64,000 nt of DNA from Eledone cirrhosa (lineage: Eukaryota). Made by a program: the position numbers and the translations under genes. Shown in pieces: positions 25,956 through 39,575 of the stretch (positions are counted from its first letter, which is position 1; each line of letters begins with the position of its first letter). The stretch is taken from the NCBI GenBank assembly GCA_964016885.1, contig OZ024747.1:66154001-66218000 (forward strand), in the 5' to 3' direction. The notes below the pieces were generated by a model. That model made no database searches, had not been told where the DNA came from, and saw only the letters and a list, made by a program, of their open reading frames with translations.

Positions 25956-28900
25956 GATTTCTTTATTAACCACAAGGGCTTACATAAACTAGACATTGAG
26001 GACAGTACATGACAATACAGGACGGTACTTATGGTCATTTCTGCGTGTAAAAAAACAGAGGATGTAATAAAAAAATAACAATGAAAAATTCCCCAATAGG
26101 GGGGAGACAGCCGAGGGATATTTGCGGAGAAAGCCCATTAAAAGGCCACAGTGACCCTGACCACCAGGGCAAGTGCCCTCTCCCAGTTTTCCACCTTTAA
26201 TTTACAGACACATACTCAGAGTAGGCCCATTCACTCGGGCCATACTTGCTTCTCTCACCCATCTTTCAACAAAATGCTGGGAAGAGAGCACTTCCCTCTC
26301 TACCCTGGTTTTCCATTTCAAATGAAATTTGAAAAAGTTAATCAGGGCATCACCGAAGAGGTAAGTACTCGTCTTCAGCCATTTCAAACGTGTCCACCAG
26401 ACAGATGAAAACTGCCTGCCCTTCCCGGCTAAAGGAAAAGGGCGGGGTAATCCTCACTGATAGCTGGATCCGTCCTACACGTGACAGCAGGTGTTCGACA
26501 TAATCCCACAAGTCAGCAATGCTCGGACACTGGACGAGTGCGTGCAGGACGGCGTCGCCCTGCGCGCATCTCGGACATGCCCGGCTGACGGCACCTCCAT
26601 GCCTGTAGAGTTAATCCCGAACTGGCAAAGCTCCTCGGTAGCACTGCCAGGGCAGGGATTTCTGGAAGTTGTCCATAGGCCCCGGCCCGAAAGTCCTTCC
26701 GAAGAGATTGGCTAGTTGATTTACGTCGACGCCTAGAGTTTCTCCAAGTACGTCGTCGCTCTTCCTCTCCACTAATCCTCTATAGAACGCCAAGGTGGAG
26801 TTTCCACCGATCACATTGCCCGATTGGTCGAGGGCTGGGAGCGCCTGAAGATATTCCAGTCTCCAAACGCTCCCTCTCGGTCTTCGCTTGACCCAGGACT
26901 GCAGCTCCGTCAAGGAGACGAGCTGGGGAAAGATGTGTCTAGCAAACGGCGACCACACCTGATCACCGTCGAGGAAGAGGTGGAGATGTCGTAGCCTGAG
27001 TGCGTGTCTGCGCATCATCAGCCACGGCATGCCCAGCCCTCCACGTAGCGGGTGTTGACAGCAGATGGACCGCCTGACCATCGGAGCGCGTCCCTTCCAC
27101 AAAAATCGAAAGAGCAAACGCTCCAGCGCAGTCAGGCGGGGCTTAGGACAAGGTACGACGGTCAGGCGGTAGTAGATGACGGACGCGATGTACGCGTTAG
27201 CCACCTCAGCTCGACCTTCCAGGGATAGCTTCCTCTCGGCCCATTTCTGGGTGAGAGAAGCCACCCTGCTCGTCACCTCGTCCCAGTTTTTGTCCGTCTG
27301 GAGGTTCGGACCGAACCAGACCCCTAGCAATTTAACCGGTCCGTCCGCCAGAGCCCGACGACGCTGTTGGACGGCATGGACCTGCCTCTCCAGGTGCCGA
27401 GCTGCAGGCCCACTGACTTTTCCTGGTTGATCATTGCTCCTTTCACCGCTTCATATTCTCTTAGTGTAGTGGCGATCGCCTCGATGTGTTTGACGTTCGA
27501 CACCACTACGGTGACATCGTCTGCATATGCTGACACGGACCTTCCGCATCCTAGTTCGCGCGGGACACCCCTCAACGTCTCCAGTTTGTACAGTAATGAC
27601 TCGAGAGTCAATACGTACAAGAGGGACAAGAGGGGACATCCTTGGCGGACCGAGCGCATGATGTTGAACGGTTCCGAAAGGTGACCGTCACTCTCACCAC
27701 AGAGCAGATGTCGCTGTGCATGGCAGCGATCCAGCGTCTGAAGACGGGCCCAAAGCCAGCCGCCCTCAGGACTGCTGCTAGGTAACGATGGTCGACCCTA
27801 TCGAAAGCATTCGACTGATCTAAATTGATCAAGGACCCACCCGTGCCAGGTTCCCTAGCTATCCTCTCTACGATGTATCGCATGAGGTGGAGGTTGTCGT
27901 GGATGGATCTGTCGGGAATGGCGCATGTCTGCGCCTCTCCCACCAGACCACCAACGACAAACGCCAACCTCTTTGCTAGCACCTTGGCCAAAATCTTGAA
28001 CTCTGTGTTTAGCAGAATTATGGGCCTGAAATTATCTATGTTATCCCCCTTGTTCGGAACCTTTCTCAGCAGCGCCACAGCTCCTCGGCTCACAGAGCTG
28101 GGAATTCTCCCGTTCTGTTGCCAGTTGCAGTAGACGTCCGCTAAGAGGCCTCCAAACAATACTGGCATCTGTACGTAAAGTTCATAGGGCAGACCATCCA
28201 AACCAGGCGATTTACCCTTTGTGCAGCCAGTCATTGCCTCCCGTACTTCAGCGGCTGTTATCGGCTTTTCGCAACACTCCGCCTCAGTGGCCGAGAGCCG
28301 CGGCAGTCCGTCGAGGTAGACACTAAAGTCCATCCCTCGATCCGGCCCGCCGCTGCCCCCGAACAGCTGTGCGAAGTGTCGCTGAAAAGCTCACACATTT
28401 TCCCGGGATCGAGTAGCATGCGCCCGTCGTGGTCCACCAAAGACCGGATCGTGGCTTTTTTGCCACGACGCGCCTCCGCCACTCGGGCCCATTGAACGGC
28501 TTTCGTCCCCTCGTGTCTGAGAGCACGCACCCTAGCTCTGACAACTCAGCCTTCGTGCTTTGCATTGAAGAATTGGTCAAGGGCCAATTTCGCCGCAAGT
28601 ACGTCGGTCGCGATGCCTTTGCTAAGCATCTCGTCTAATTTTTTAACTAATTCTCCCTCTGCTCTATTTTTCTCTATTGCTAAAGTCTTACTAAACCTAA
28701 TGGACTCTATTCTAATTGCTCTTTTCAGAGCAAACCACCACTTGTTGTTGACGATGGCCCCTGTCAACGCCCGCTTAACTAGTTCGCCTATCCGGTCTCT
28801 GTAGGCCTTGCGCGCTGGTAAGGAAGCGTTTAGCTTCCAGTAGCCGGGTCCTCGTCTATGAAGCCTAACTAAGTCAAGCACACAGATCACGAATTTGTGG

Positions 28901-30468
28901 TCCGTGTAGCTGACTATCTTGAATTGTGGACAGCCTATGCTAGACCTATCTATTTCCCTACAAAATACTCTATCTAGATATGATCTTGATGACCCTATGC
29001 GATTTGTCCAAGTCCACATTGGCACATTCGGGAAATCCAATCGGTACCTGTCAGACAGTTCAAAACGCCTAAGCAGGTTGGTGAGGCTCTTGCACCCTCC
29101 TCCCCTATCCACTAATCCCACACAGTCCCAGCGTGCATCTAAAATCCCGTCCCAGTCGCTCACTAACACTAAAGAGCAGGACGTTCCAAGAAAGGTCTCC
29201 AGACGCCGGAAGAAATCAGGCCGCCCTGCTCCTGTCGGGACAAAAATGGCCACTAGCCTGAAAGCTTGCCCGTCTCCGCTGGTCACGTCCAGCACCAGCA
29301 ACTTACCTTCTGGGTCCAGGAAGATGGCCCGTATGGCGAGATCCTAACCTCTCTGAAAAAGCACAGCAACTCCTCCCCTCGATCCTGGGTGGCTGGGAGA
29401 TGCGTACACATCGTAGCCGCCGAAGATCGGTGCGAAGGCCCGTGCTTCGGAGATTCTGGTTTCGCTGATGGCCACTACATCTATGTTTAGTGACCTGAGG
29501 TCGTTGAGCAGGTGGCTCTGCTTCCATGACGACCCCAAGCCACGCGCATTGATGCTGCCTATTCTGAGTGAGGTCATGTTGAAATGGAGTGGAAAAGATG
29601 GGAAAGCACACTTATCTTACTTCTCGTAGAGGAAGGATGGTTTGTCCATCCTTTTCACTGCTTGTGGCTTCCTCCGGAAGGTTGTCCTTATAAATCCTCC
29701 TGGAGAGTGTTTGTCGGAAGTCTCCGATGTCTTTGGGGAATTTTTGTTCTAGTGTCGTGTACGTTTTCTGTGTGATCCGAGTGATTTGTATGTGTGGAGG
29801 TGGTGTGAACTTTTGGGTTGTTGTGTAGTCTTTTTCTGTGATGCTGGTGTTGTGTTGGATGTAGTGTAATAATTGGTTATTGTTCAAATTTAATGCTGTG
29901 TAGTGTGTATCGTTTTGGTTGTTTTGTTTTGTTTGCGTTTGTTGTGGGTTTGTTTCTGTTTCGCTTTTTGGTGACTTTTGTGGTGTTGCTGATGGTGTTG
30001 TTGGGGTTAATGATGGTGATGGTGTTGGTGTTTGTGGTGATGGGGTTGGTGATGCTGGTGTTGATGGTGGCATATCTGTCCTAACTTTTTTGTTTGATAG
30101 TTTATTTGTTTCCCTCTGTATTTTGCTTTTGGAGGGGGAAGGAAGAGAATTTTTTCTTTTTTGGTTTCTTTTTTTCTTTTTTCCTGATACCGTTTCCCAC
30201 TCCTCGTCGTCACAATCTGTCTCCAGTTGTGATAGGCCGGGGAGTGGAAAATCCTCCACAGGCGTTGGTTTTGGTTGTGGCGTGGTGGATGATGTAGGCG
30301 CCGGTGCTAGTTCTGGCGCGTTGGGTGGTGGTGGTGTTGGTTTTTCTACTGTTGCTGGGGTTGTTGCTGTTACAGTTGCTTCTGTTGTTGCTGCCTTCTC
30401 TGCTGCTGGTGGTGTTGATGGTTGAGTCACTGGGGTGGGTAGGAGAGGTGGCCTCAACGAAGTGAGTG
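25956..30468 (-). mobile_element. Tx1/L1-like LINE, 5'-truncated within ORF1, with multiple frameshifts
   Basis: ORF1 tail 29612-30457; APE start SLRIGSINARGL..SET (29577), YLDR, TDH; RT SPGLDG, NFRPI, AFDRVDH, SVRQGCPL, YADD; AATAAA at the 3' end abutting (ATT)n. Confidence 0.88.
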
Positions 30469-30620
30469 AAACACCATATTTACAAGGAGGAGGCTAGCCC
30501 ACTGTGTAGGATCTGTGGAGAGAGAGAGGAGACTGTGGCTCACATTGTATCCGAGTGTAAACACCTAGCCCAGACTCACTATAAAGGCACCTATGCAAAG
30601 TAAACAATTTACCACATTCT

Positions 30621-30623
<3 letters not shown>
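30469..30623 (+). repeat. Internally deleted copy of R4 segment 25253-25447
   Basis: catatttacaaggaggaggctagcccactg...aatttaccacattctgaga is nearly identical, lacking about 35 bp. Confidence 0.85.
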
Positions 30624-30659
<36 letters not shown>

Positions 30660-30662
30660 TGT

Positions 30663-30769
<107 letters not shown>

Positions 30770-31589
30770 CTGGTTTTATTCTTGTTTTAATTTCAGGAAG
30801 GAAACAAAATGAGCCGGTTTCTAACTCATTGGAATTTAGATATCATCAACTAGGTAGCAATCGTTGATGGAAAGTGTGACCTATGTAGAAATAAGGGTAG
30901 GTGGGGTCTAATTTTTTAACAACAACAACAACGAACAATCATTTTGCGTTCTTCAGTTTCTTTCCATTGAGCCACGCACTCAGGGCCCGCACTACCACAT
31001 TGACAGCAGCTTAGAGAGACGTATTACTAAACTTTAAAAGATCACAATTTTATATAAATTTTCCAGATCAAAACAAAGAAACTCTCAACGCATAGAGCCG
31101 GAACGGATACCACAAGGCACCAATATTGATGCTTTTACAATGTCACCAATTCCCCGACCCGGTTCTGGATATAACATTTTTCGACCTTGAACAGACAAAA
31201 GGATCATAATTTTATACACATTTCTAAAATGAAATTAAATATATAATAAACATTATTTCTGCATAGCAAGGAAAATATCCAAAGTGTTGGATAGGGAATA
31301 TAGTGTTAAAGCCTGTAACAGGATGTTGCTTGGGTAAGTGTAGACCGTAGAGTAGAACATACAGACTGAGTAATTTTCTTAGTGTAGCCAGAGCATGAAA
31401 TGTGAAAAAACTATTCGTCAGTTTACCAAATTGTAAGTTGAAATTATTTTGCTGGTGAGAGAGACACATATTTTAGAGCTAGCCTATGGCACTCTATACA
31501 CAGGTGCCGATACTGACAATAACATATCAAATTTTAGTTTTCCTTTAAATAAGTTTAATGTTAATTGATTCCATTTTGTTTACTTTAGC

Positions 31590-31830
31590 TTTTATTGTGA
31601 ACAGCGTAATTTGTATTATGAACAGATAATGTGAAATGGAGAGTTTAAGCTTGCTGTACTCTGTATTATGAATCGATAATGTGAAATTGTGAGGCTCAGC
31701 TTGCGATACTGTGTATTATGAACAGTGATCAAGTGAAATTGTGAGTTTGACTTGCGATACTGTATGATATTAATACAACAGGTTAAATGGAGAATTAAGA
31801 ATCTCAAGTTGCGATATTGTGCTTTGCTGG
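31590..31830. repeat. Degenerate tandem repeat of about 50 bp
   Basis: Recurrent tgtattatgaa...gtgaaat...ttgcgatact. Confidence 0.6.
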
Positions 31831-32269
31831 AAGAACGAAAGGGGAAAAATAAAATGAAAAATAATCCGATGATAACAAACTAAGATAAAACATTAAGTGC
31901 TTTTGTTTTCCATTGTTGTGGCTATAACAAACACAATTTAAAATCATCATAAATTACATATGATTCAAACTTAATCGGTTGTCATGACATCAGCTTCCAC
32001 TTTTGTGATTTACTGAATATCATTTTATGTCCACTCCGCATTCAATTCATGCTATGCGTATTTATGTCCAATGAATTGACGGAGCTAGAAAAAGAATAAA
32101 TAACTGTCAGCCATATGTTATGACGTTAGATATTACGTCAACATGTTACATGAGCTGTTGGGGTTGGTAAGCTGGTGAAGTTGGTGAAGTTGGTGAAGTT
32201 GGTGAATATATTTAGGAGTGGGAAAGTGTTGTTTGCCATTAGGCGTTTGGTTCTATAAACTGAAAACAT

Positions 32270-32411
<142 letters not shown>

Positions 32412-32565
32412 AAATGATATTAAATAAATGGAAAGTATATTTATAAAACCATATTTATTCTATTATATATATTTCAAGGGTACCAAAAATTTTGGTGCGC
32501 TATTATCAGATAAAATACGAAGTGTGCTCATTTTGGTACCAACACCAGTAATTCACTGAATTACA

Positions 32566-32606
<41 letters not shown>

Positions 32607-32646
32607 TTCAAAATATTAACAAAATAGATATTCTTGTGATCAATTA

Positions 32647-32713
32647 TATTTTATTATACATATTTCAGAGGTACTGAGTTAAGTTCAACAGTACGTCCTC
32701 ATCAGATAAAATA
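32647..32713 (-). ncRNA. Type I hammerhead
   Basis: TATTTTAT-CTGATGA-ggac GTACTG..CAGTAC ctct-GAA-ATAtgTAT-A-ATAAAATA. Diverged neighbour at 32456-32517 has core CTGATAA. Confidence 0.75.
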
Positions 32714-32983
32714 AAATGATGCATGACATACCCTGACATAGTAGATGGTTAAGATTCAGTCATGGTAGTGATTAACATATGACAAGCCTCAATATTTATA
32801 CCCTAATAAGCTGTATTACACGCACCCTCTCTATTGTTTGTATTATATATTTTTCTCATGTTCTCAATATTAATAACTCTGGAAAACATTATCTGCTGAG
32901 TGCTTCCAATATATTGTAAAACTCATTCTTTGATGTATTCTTTGAACCTTGTTTAACTTTTAAATATATATATATATAACTTT

Positions 32984-33086
<103 letters not shown>

Positions 33087-33234
33087 ACGAGGTTATAGTA
33101 TCAACGTAATCTTGCCTGCACACTTACTCCCTCAGTGAATAGTGGAATGAATTTTTAAGGAACAAAACCTGTCTCAGAGTCCTTAGCAAGTATATGTTTG
33201 CAATGTGGCATGTATATATATATAAATATATATA

Positions 33235-33291
<57 letters not shown>

Positions 33292-33540
33292 TACATTGAG
33301 TTAGAAACTCAAAAGATTCTTTTACAATTAAATACCTCAAAGAAAGACATTTTTCGAGCCGTGTAACATAATATAATTGAATATATGAGAGAGATGAACA
33401 CAGATATAAGTATACATGTGTTCCAATTGCATAGGATCAAGTTAAGTAGGTTGAAAAAATACTAAATTAATACAATATGGTTAGCCTGACTAGATTTAAA
33501 GTAATAAAATTGCTGGCCTTGTGCCAAAAGTTGAATCAAT

Positions 33541-33582
<42 letters not shown>

Positions 33583-33610
33583 AGTTATTATATATATATA
33601 TATATATATA

Positions 33611-34405
33611 TAGTAATAATAATAAAATTGAAGACTAAAATCCAAAGAGGGCTCGATAAGGAAAATATATATCAAATATATAAGAACCGTAGAGCAAATA
33701 TTTATTAAAATAACAGATTAAAGTTTAAGCAAAGAATCGCTGCTTTCACCCTTAACGGGACCTTCTGAAACTAACAAAGTCAATCTGTAAACGCAGAACT
33801 GGATATTTCAAAAAACGTTGCAACCGGAGGAAGACAGGAAGACGATACTTTGGTTCGTAGAAACGTTCGCTGGCAAAGAACGGGAAAAAACGAATAATAC
33901 GTCATTAATAGGAGCGGTGAAAAACAATTACGCGCAAAGACAGAACCACGTTTATGGTATAAAAGAGGTCGTAGACTAAAATTCTAACTAGGAGACCAAA
34001 TGAATCTCCGCTACAGAGTTAAGAACAAAGTAAATAAATACAATACAGAAGTAATAGAAACAAATAAATACATACACGCAAACAGATACGTACATACACA
34101 AGCATACGCAAAACCTTACCATAGGTATACAAAACCACGCACATATAAATATGTGTGTGTGTATGCATGTGTACAAATAAATAAATAATTATATTAACGT
34201 ATATAAGTAAATAAATACGTATATAACAAACACACACACATACATACAAATAAATACACGAATGTTCGGAGACGTAAGTCAACTAAAACAAGAAGTACAC
34301 ATATACACCTGCGTTTACAGATTGACTTTGTTAGTTTCAGAAGATCCCGTTAAGGGTGAATGCAGCGATTCTTTGCTTAAACTTTAATCTGTTATTTTAA
34401 TAAAT
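33611..34405. mobile_element. Solo pseudo-LTR fold-back of the Hydra-type PLE
   Basis: 33611-34308 matches 4922-5757 with an internal deletion; 34309-34405 is inverted; (TA)n flanks. Confidence 0.9.
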
Positions 34406-34434
34406 ATATATATATATATATATATTTGTTAGTC

Positions 34435-34493
<59 letters not shown>

Positions 34494-34638
34494 TGAGTAT
34501 ATGTTGGTTGTATACCAACACCTCAGTATGCAGAATGGCGCACTCGACGAAGTGCGCAGGTTGGTTTGGTTACTCCGGAGTAATGTAAAATAAAATAAAA
34601 TAAATAAGTCAAATGTTTAAAATTTGGCTTCGTTTATT

Positions 34639-34693
34639 ACTGCTATATATATTTCGGTGACAGCCATCTTTGGCTGTGAACTCTTCAGGCAGT
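34639..34693 (-). ncRNA. Type I hammerhead
   Basis: ACTGC-CTGAAGA-gttc ACAGCCA aaga TGGCTGT cacc-GAA-ATATATAT-A-GCAGT. Confidence 0.75.
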
Positions 34694-35574
34694 CCGAATT
34701 AGTGTGGTAGAGACGAGTACACATGTTGTTAAGGTGTTTAACTTTGTCAATACTCTGATATGCCCAGTTCCTGGTTGGGTTGTTATTTCACTGGGTTATT
34801 TATTATATATATATATAAATAAATACGGGCATATGTGTGTCTAGGTGTAAACCTGTCTATGTGTATATGTGACATACTATTTGATCTATTTGATCTGAAA
34901 GCACCAATACATCATCCAAAAGATGCAAAAGGTGAAACAATAAATTACCTTCTGTTTAGTCGTTGTTTTGATGCGGTCATATTGTCTGAGATTTATAGTG
35001 GTGAACTGTCGCAAGAGTGAAAGTTGGTGAAGCGACTGACACTAGAGGGATACAGTGAATACTTTGTTGGGGTTTCCTCTCTCTTTTAGTTCTGGTACTG
35101 CTAGATTTTACTTTGTTTTATCCAAAGGTGTTTAAATAGGAACAAGTCAAATTAAAATAACTACAAGTACAATGTGTCCTTATTTTTAAGTTTCTCTTAT
35201 ATACATATATACATATATACATATATATTCTCTTATATACATATATACATATATACATATATACATACATATATATATATATGTATGTATATATGTATAT
35301 ATGTATATAAGAGAATATATTTGTATATATGTATATATGTATATATGTATATATGTATATAAGAGAAACTTAAAAATAAGGAGTGGCACCCCATTCTGAA
35401 CTTGTTTATAGAATTCTTTCTCCCTTTGTCACTCTAAATATAAATTATAGACTTAAAGAATTAGCTTTTAATGAATTCTCTTTTCTTTCAACCAATGATC
35501 TCCACCCATCCCACTCCCACCCTCTCCTACCACCAGAAAAGATATAAATACCACAACATTTATTTTGGACAGCC

Positions 35575-35625
35575 AGATTCCTGATGATTTCTAAAGAATG
35601 AAACAGTTCTAGTCCTGTAGAATCT
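35575..35625 (+). ncRNA. Type I hammerhead, same family as 14881
   Basis: AGATTC-CTGATGA-t TTC taaa GAA t-GAA-ACAG ttctagtc CTGT-A-GAATCT. Downstream 35630-35705 matches the inverse of 14750-14830. Confidence 0.8.
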
Positions 35626-35969
35626 CATCTATATTAAAAATGTTATACTCTGCTATGTATTGAGTATCTTACTGTGGTTACCTCCAATTCAACCCGTAAT
35701 AACTTACCTATGTATATACACGTATATATGTATATATATATATATATATATATGTGTGTATATATGTATATATATGTATATATACAGATTAGAGCAAACA
35801 TCACGGACGCTCTATCTCAAAATTATTTTTGAAAAGCATTAGAAATGCGCAACTGGTAAAACTTAAAACCAAAACTGAATACTAACCAATACTATTACTA
35901 ATTCTCACTTATTCCTAATTAAACTATTTTTCACTGTGAAAAATTTGTCACCATTTTCTTTTCCGTTTA

Positions 35970-36021
<52 letters not shown>

Positions 36022-36026
<5 letters not shown>

Positions 36027-36810
36027 AATTAGTATATCTACCAACATATATATACAGATGCATACCTATGCTAGCAAATATATACGTTTTGTCTTAGTAA
36101 CTTTTTGGTTCAATGCAAGGGGATGCAGAACAATTATATGAAAGACGTAAAATAAGAAAATTATAAAAATTAACTTACTTACTAAAATTTCACTCCAACT
36201 AATTAGTTTCTGAAAGGGAATAAACGTGGTTTCCGAATGGAACAACATGGAGAAAAATCCTTTCGTCATCAGGGAGGTCTATTCTCAGCTAAGTTCCCAG
36301 GCAATGCGTGGACACAGGGAACTTATACAAAAATAATTCAGTGGATGGAAAAAAGCAAGCGAGGACTAAATTCCAGGACATTGAAAAAATCATTGCCTAC
36401 TTGATCGGTGGCAAATTCAAAAGAATCAATCACGTGACATCGAGGTCAATCAGTGAGGAGTGGGGTGCTAATAAGACAGTAGCCTGACTATTACTATGAA
36501 CCATAGTAGTAGTTTTGGCAAATTTTTGCTCAACAAAATAATTTGGAGATAATTATAAAGAATTAGTATATCTACCAACATATATATACAGATGCATACC
36601 TATGCTAGCAAATATATAGTTTTTGTCTTAGTAACTTTGTGGTTCAATGCAAGGGGATGCAGAACAATTATATGAAAGACGTAAAATAAGAAAATTATAA
36701 AAATTAACTTACTTACTAAAATTTCACTCTAACTAATTAGTTTCTGAAAGGGAATAAACATGGTTTCCGAATGGAACAACATGGAGAAAAATCCTTTCGT
36801 CATCAGGGAT
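36022..36810 (-). mobile_element. Non-coding tandem element, 534-bp unit, in (TA)n
   Basis: 36022-36275 repeats at about 36556-36809. Confidence 0.85.
36193..36276 (-). ncRNA. Type I hammerhead with enlarged stem II
   Basis: CTCC-CTGATGA-c GAAAGG...CCTTTC a-GAA-ACTAATTAGT-T-GGAG. Second copy at 36727-36810. Confidence 0.72.
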
Positions 36811-37299
36811 GATATATATATATATATATCATTCACACACGGTAGTGAGTGAGTAATATTCTTAAGGTCAACTTTTTCCCAACGACAGCCAGTTCTAGGA
36901 CTTGTCACTAATTTAGTTCTCAACCAAATTTGATCAGGTTTTGTTGCACTAGAATGGACTCATCCCAGACTACAGTTTGGTATAAGGAAATTGAAATTTG
37001 GGTAAGTAGAAAAAAAATTACGCTAAAATATGTGTGGTCAAGTAGTGGAGGATAAGGAAGGCCTCTCATTGACTTTGACTCATCATAACTGTTTAAATAT
37101 CGAATATAATTTCATGCTACCTATCTCAGTAGATAGAACTCGATAAGTTGATTCGAAATTTGTCAATAATGAAAAATTTGGTGGCATAGAAATCGAGCTG
37201 TGTGACTTTAAGTGACGAAATCAGATGAGGAGTAACGCTAAGGGACATAACTCTAGTATAAATCTATCGTAGCTGTACTAAGTAGTTTCCCTTAATTAT

Positions 37300-38270
37300 A
37301 GTTATTCACAAAAGGCTTGATGAAATTTTTGGAGATCCCCCAAAATAGCATATCCTTTTGGAAAAATGAATCTTCTTTTTTTTGGTGATTTGATGCAATT
37401 GCCACCTGGAAATGAAAAACCAGTATTTTCTAGAATTTCATCATATGATGCCAAAAGAACAGAAATTGGCATTAGTGGGCATTCATTGTGGAAATACTTT
37501 CAATATGATGAGCTAACCATTAATATGAGACAAAAAGAAGACAAAGACAACTATGTTGATATTTTGGGAAGAATTAGGATTGGTTCCCCATCAGATGCTG
37601 ATATTAGCATTCTACAAAAAAGATGCCTATTTCCTGATAGAAAAGCATCTGTTGAAGAAATTACTAAAAAATTGATTGAATTGTATTCTATTCCTGAATT
37701 AAAATTTGTATGTATTTTACCTTTGAATGAAGCTGTTGATGAGTTGAATAATGAAATGATTAAATAATGCAACATAAATACAGTGAAACTTGCTGCAAAA
37801 GATTCTGGTATGAGACAAGTAAATGGAAGAAAAAAGAAATATGTTGAAAAAGGCAAAAACAAGAAAACTTCTGATACTGCTGGACTAGAAACTTTGCCAA
37901 ATGTTGGAATTGGAGCAAGAGTGATGTTGAAACGAAACATTGATGTAGATTAGGGCTTATGCAATGGTGTTATTGGAACAGTTATTGAATTAATTGGGAA
38001 TGGAAGCAATGTTGACAAAATTTTGGTGTCTTTTGATACCAAAGAGGACAAACTCATTTCCATTGGAAGAGTTCAAACAGACTATGAAATTTCTCCTGGT
38101 GTTTTTGTCACCAGAACACAATTTCCATTGTCTCTTGCTTACTCTATAACAATTCACAAATCACAAGGAATTTCTGTGGATGGAATAATTGCTGATTTAG
38201 GAAATCAGATATTTTCTGATTTCTGATGGTCAAGCTTATGTGGCTCTTTCAAGAGCCAGAAAACTTTGCA
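37300..38270 (+). pseudogene. Pif1-family (SF1B) helicase, C-terminal half, transposon-like
   Basis: FGDLMQLPP, LTINMRQ, GARVMLKRNID, GLCNG, QFPLSLAYSITIHKSQG, GQAYVALSRA; in-frame stops and a frameshift. Confidence 0.88.
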
Positions 38271-39308
38271 ATGTGTATCACCAAACTACAGGCTAGTACT
38301 GGAAGAGCAGATTTGCCTCCATTGTCACCTTGCAGGAAAAAGCATCCTTGCATGGCAAATGCTTCTAGCATGCCCAAGAAAAGAACTAAAAGACTTAATT
38401 TGGAAGAAAAGTCAAACCAACCTGCCAAAAAGAAGAAAAGAAATGAAAACAGCCAAACATTAATCCCTAAACATCAATTGATCAACCAAAGAAATGCTTG
38501 TTTTGCAAATTCAGTTGTGCAATCACTGAATCAATTGCCTGAATTTGTAGAGTATTTGCATAATTTTAACAACATGAATGGAGTACATCAAGAATTAAGC
38601 AATATCATTTTTAATAATCATAATAATGTCTCTAACTTAAGAAGAATAATTGGAGGAAGATTTCATGATGGAAATCAGCAATGTGCTCATGAAGTTTGGA
38701 AAGAACTCTCTCTACATTTGGACTTGGTATTTAGAGAAAAACTTCAATTTATTCAAATTGATCATACTAGATGCATCCGATTGCATCAAGCAAATTACCA
38801 AGCTTTAAATAACAATGTTTGCAATTGTAATTCAAGACCTGGATGTGGTATAGAATCTGAACTTCCATTTCAAATAAAAGAGGATTTGATATTAAATCCT
38901 ATTAATGGCACACAACAATTTAAATCTCTACTTTCAACAACAAATACTTTGACTAAATACTGTGATACTTGTTCTGAAAATACTGAGCATCAAATAACTT
39001 CAAGAATTGAATTTACTAACGATTTCAAATATCTTGTCATCTCAATTAGTAGATTTTTTATTAATAATGAAGGATAACAAAGAATTAATTGTGATATTAT
39101 GAACTTTAGCTAAAAGAAAAGCAGCAAATATGGCACAAACTTCACATTAAAAGCTGCTATTCTTCATGAAGGAGTATCATCTACGGCAGGTAAAAAGTGG
39201 TGCTGAAAATTGGGATGAAATTAGTGACAACATTATCAAAAAAAGGCACAATAAATTTCCTCCTAAGTTACCTAATGTGGTTGTATTGTTTATGGAAAAA
39301 ATTTAGAT
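38271..39308 (+). pseudogene. Ubiquitin-specific protease (C19)-like domain downstream of the helicase
   Basis: Cys box LINQRNACFANSVVQSL, QQCAHE, CDTC; His-box-like LKAAILHEG.SSTAG and WDEISD at about 39140-39230. Confidence 0.7.
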
Positions 39309-39309
39309 T

Positions 39310-39575
39310 TTTGATTTTGGACTATTGATCTTGGACTACCAACTTATAATTAGGACTACTGTTAATTCTGGACTACTTCATTTTGTTTTGGACTACTTGC
39401 TGATTATTTTGGACTAAATGCTGATTCTGGACTACTTAATTTTATTTTTGACTACTTGCCGCTTATTTTGGACTAAATGCTGATTTTCGACTACATAATT
39501 TATTTTGGACTAAATGCTAATTCTGGACTACTTAATTTTATTTTGGACTAACTGCTAATTATGGACAAATTATTG
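39310..39575. repeat. Short tandem repeats built on ttggacta
   Basis: More than ten recurrences 3' of the helicase-protease ORF. Confidence 0.75.

Noticed and set aside
39310-39575. Short repeats as a CRISPR array
   Set aside because: Irregular degenerate units, no unique spacers, no cas genes, eukaryotic context.
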